From: Squalus acanthias
Taxonomy: Eukaryota
Length of the DNA stretch: 64,000 bases
Reading direction: 5' to 3'
NCBI GenBank assembly: GCA_030390025.1
Contig: CM059432.1
Span: 5,580,001-5,644,000 of the forward strand
In this document: in pieces, positions 63,454 through 64,000 of the stretch
Numbering within the stretch: position 1 is the first letter of the stretch
Layout: every line of letters begins with the position of its first letter
Made by a program: the position numbers and the translations under genes
Notes under the pieces: model-generated
What the model was told of the DNA's origin: nothing
What the model saw: the letters and a program-made list of their open reading frames with translations, nothing else
The model's database searches: none

Positions 63454-64000
63454 ATAACACTCTGCAACTTTTGTTATTCATTAATGGGTAGGCTCAAATC
63501 CCAGACTCTACACTGGTGCCTGGGATGGTAGAAACCCATGTGAGGCTGAAAGCTAGCAATCAATTTAATGCTGGGTAGTAGCTGGATTGAAAATATTCCT
63601 GGATTTTAAAATTCTCATCCTTCTTTTCAAATCCCTCCCTGGCCTCGCCCCCTCCCCCTCCCCCTCCCCCTCCCTATATCTGTATCCTCCTCCAGCCCTA
63701 CAACTCTCCGAGATATCTGCGCTCCTCCAATTCTGGCCTCTTGCAGGTCCCTGATTTTAATCGCTCTACCATTGGTGGCTGTGCCTTCAGCTGCCTGGGC
63801 CCTAAGCTCTGGAATTCCCTCCCTAAACCTCTCCGTCTCTCTTTCCTCCTTTAACACGCTCCTTATAACCTATCTTCATTTGCCCTAATATCTCACGCGG
63901 CTCGGCATCAAATTTTGTTTGCTAACACTCCTGTGGAGCGCCTTGGGACGTTTTACTATGTTAAAGGCGCTATATAAATACAAGTTGTTGTTCTTGTTCT

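Overview
Eukaryotic, repeat-saturated genomic DNA, almost certainly from a cartilaginous fish (shark). This is inferred from HE1/V-SINEs, SacSINE1-like DeuSINEs and HER1-like CR1 LINEs. Two host genes sit head-to-head. The 5' end of RPL30 is on the minus strand (CpG-island promoter, 5'TOP tract, exon encoding MVAAKKT). A complete three-exon ERICH5-like gene is on the plus strand (25842-25932, 55729-56025, 62958-63091; about 173 aa), the same neighbour RPL30 has in human. Nearly all ORF-track entries are transposon remnants: CR1, a second APE-type LINE family, L2, RTE, Tx1-like and Penelope-like elements with hammerhead-like cores, a young RT-deleted Ty3/Gypsy element, other LTR remnants, several MITE families and two minisatellites. 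The most unusual observations are: (i) the Gypsy element has no tRNA primer-binding site but an 11-nt leader complementary to a conserved motif in its own LTR; (ii) a 325-bp-arm Penelope palindrome with a tail and TSD; (iii) a tRNA-SINE whose body matches the 5' region of its partner LINE; (iv) a 630-bp insert with a 17-bp TSD inside a Penelope tail; (v) a 59-bp TSD around an RTE. Family names come from recalled motifs, not database searches, and many repeat boundaries are approximate.
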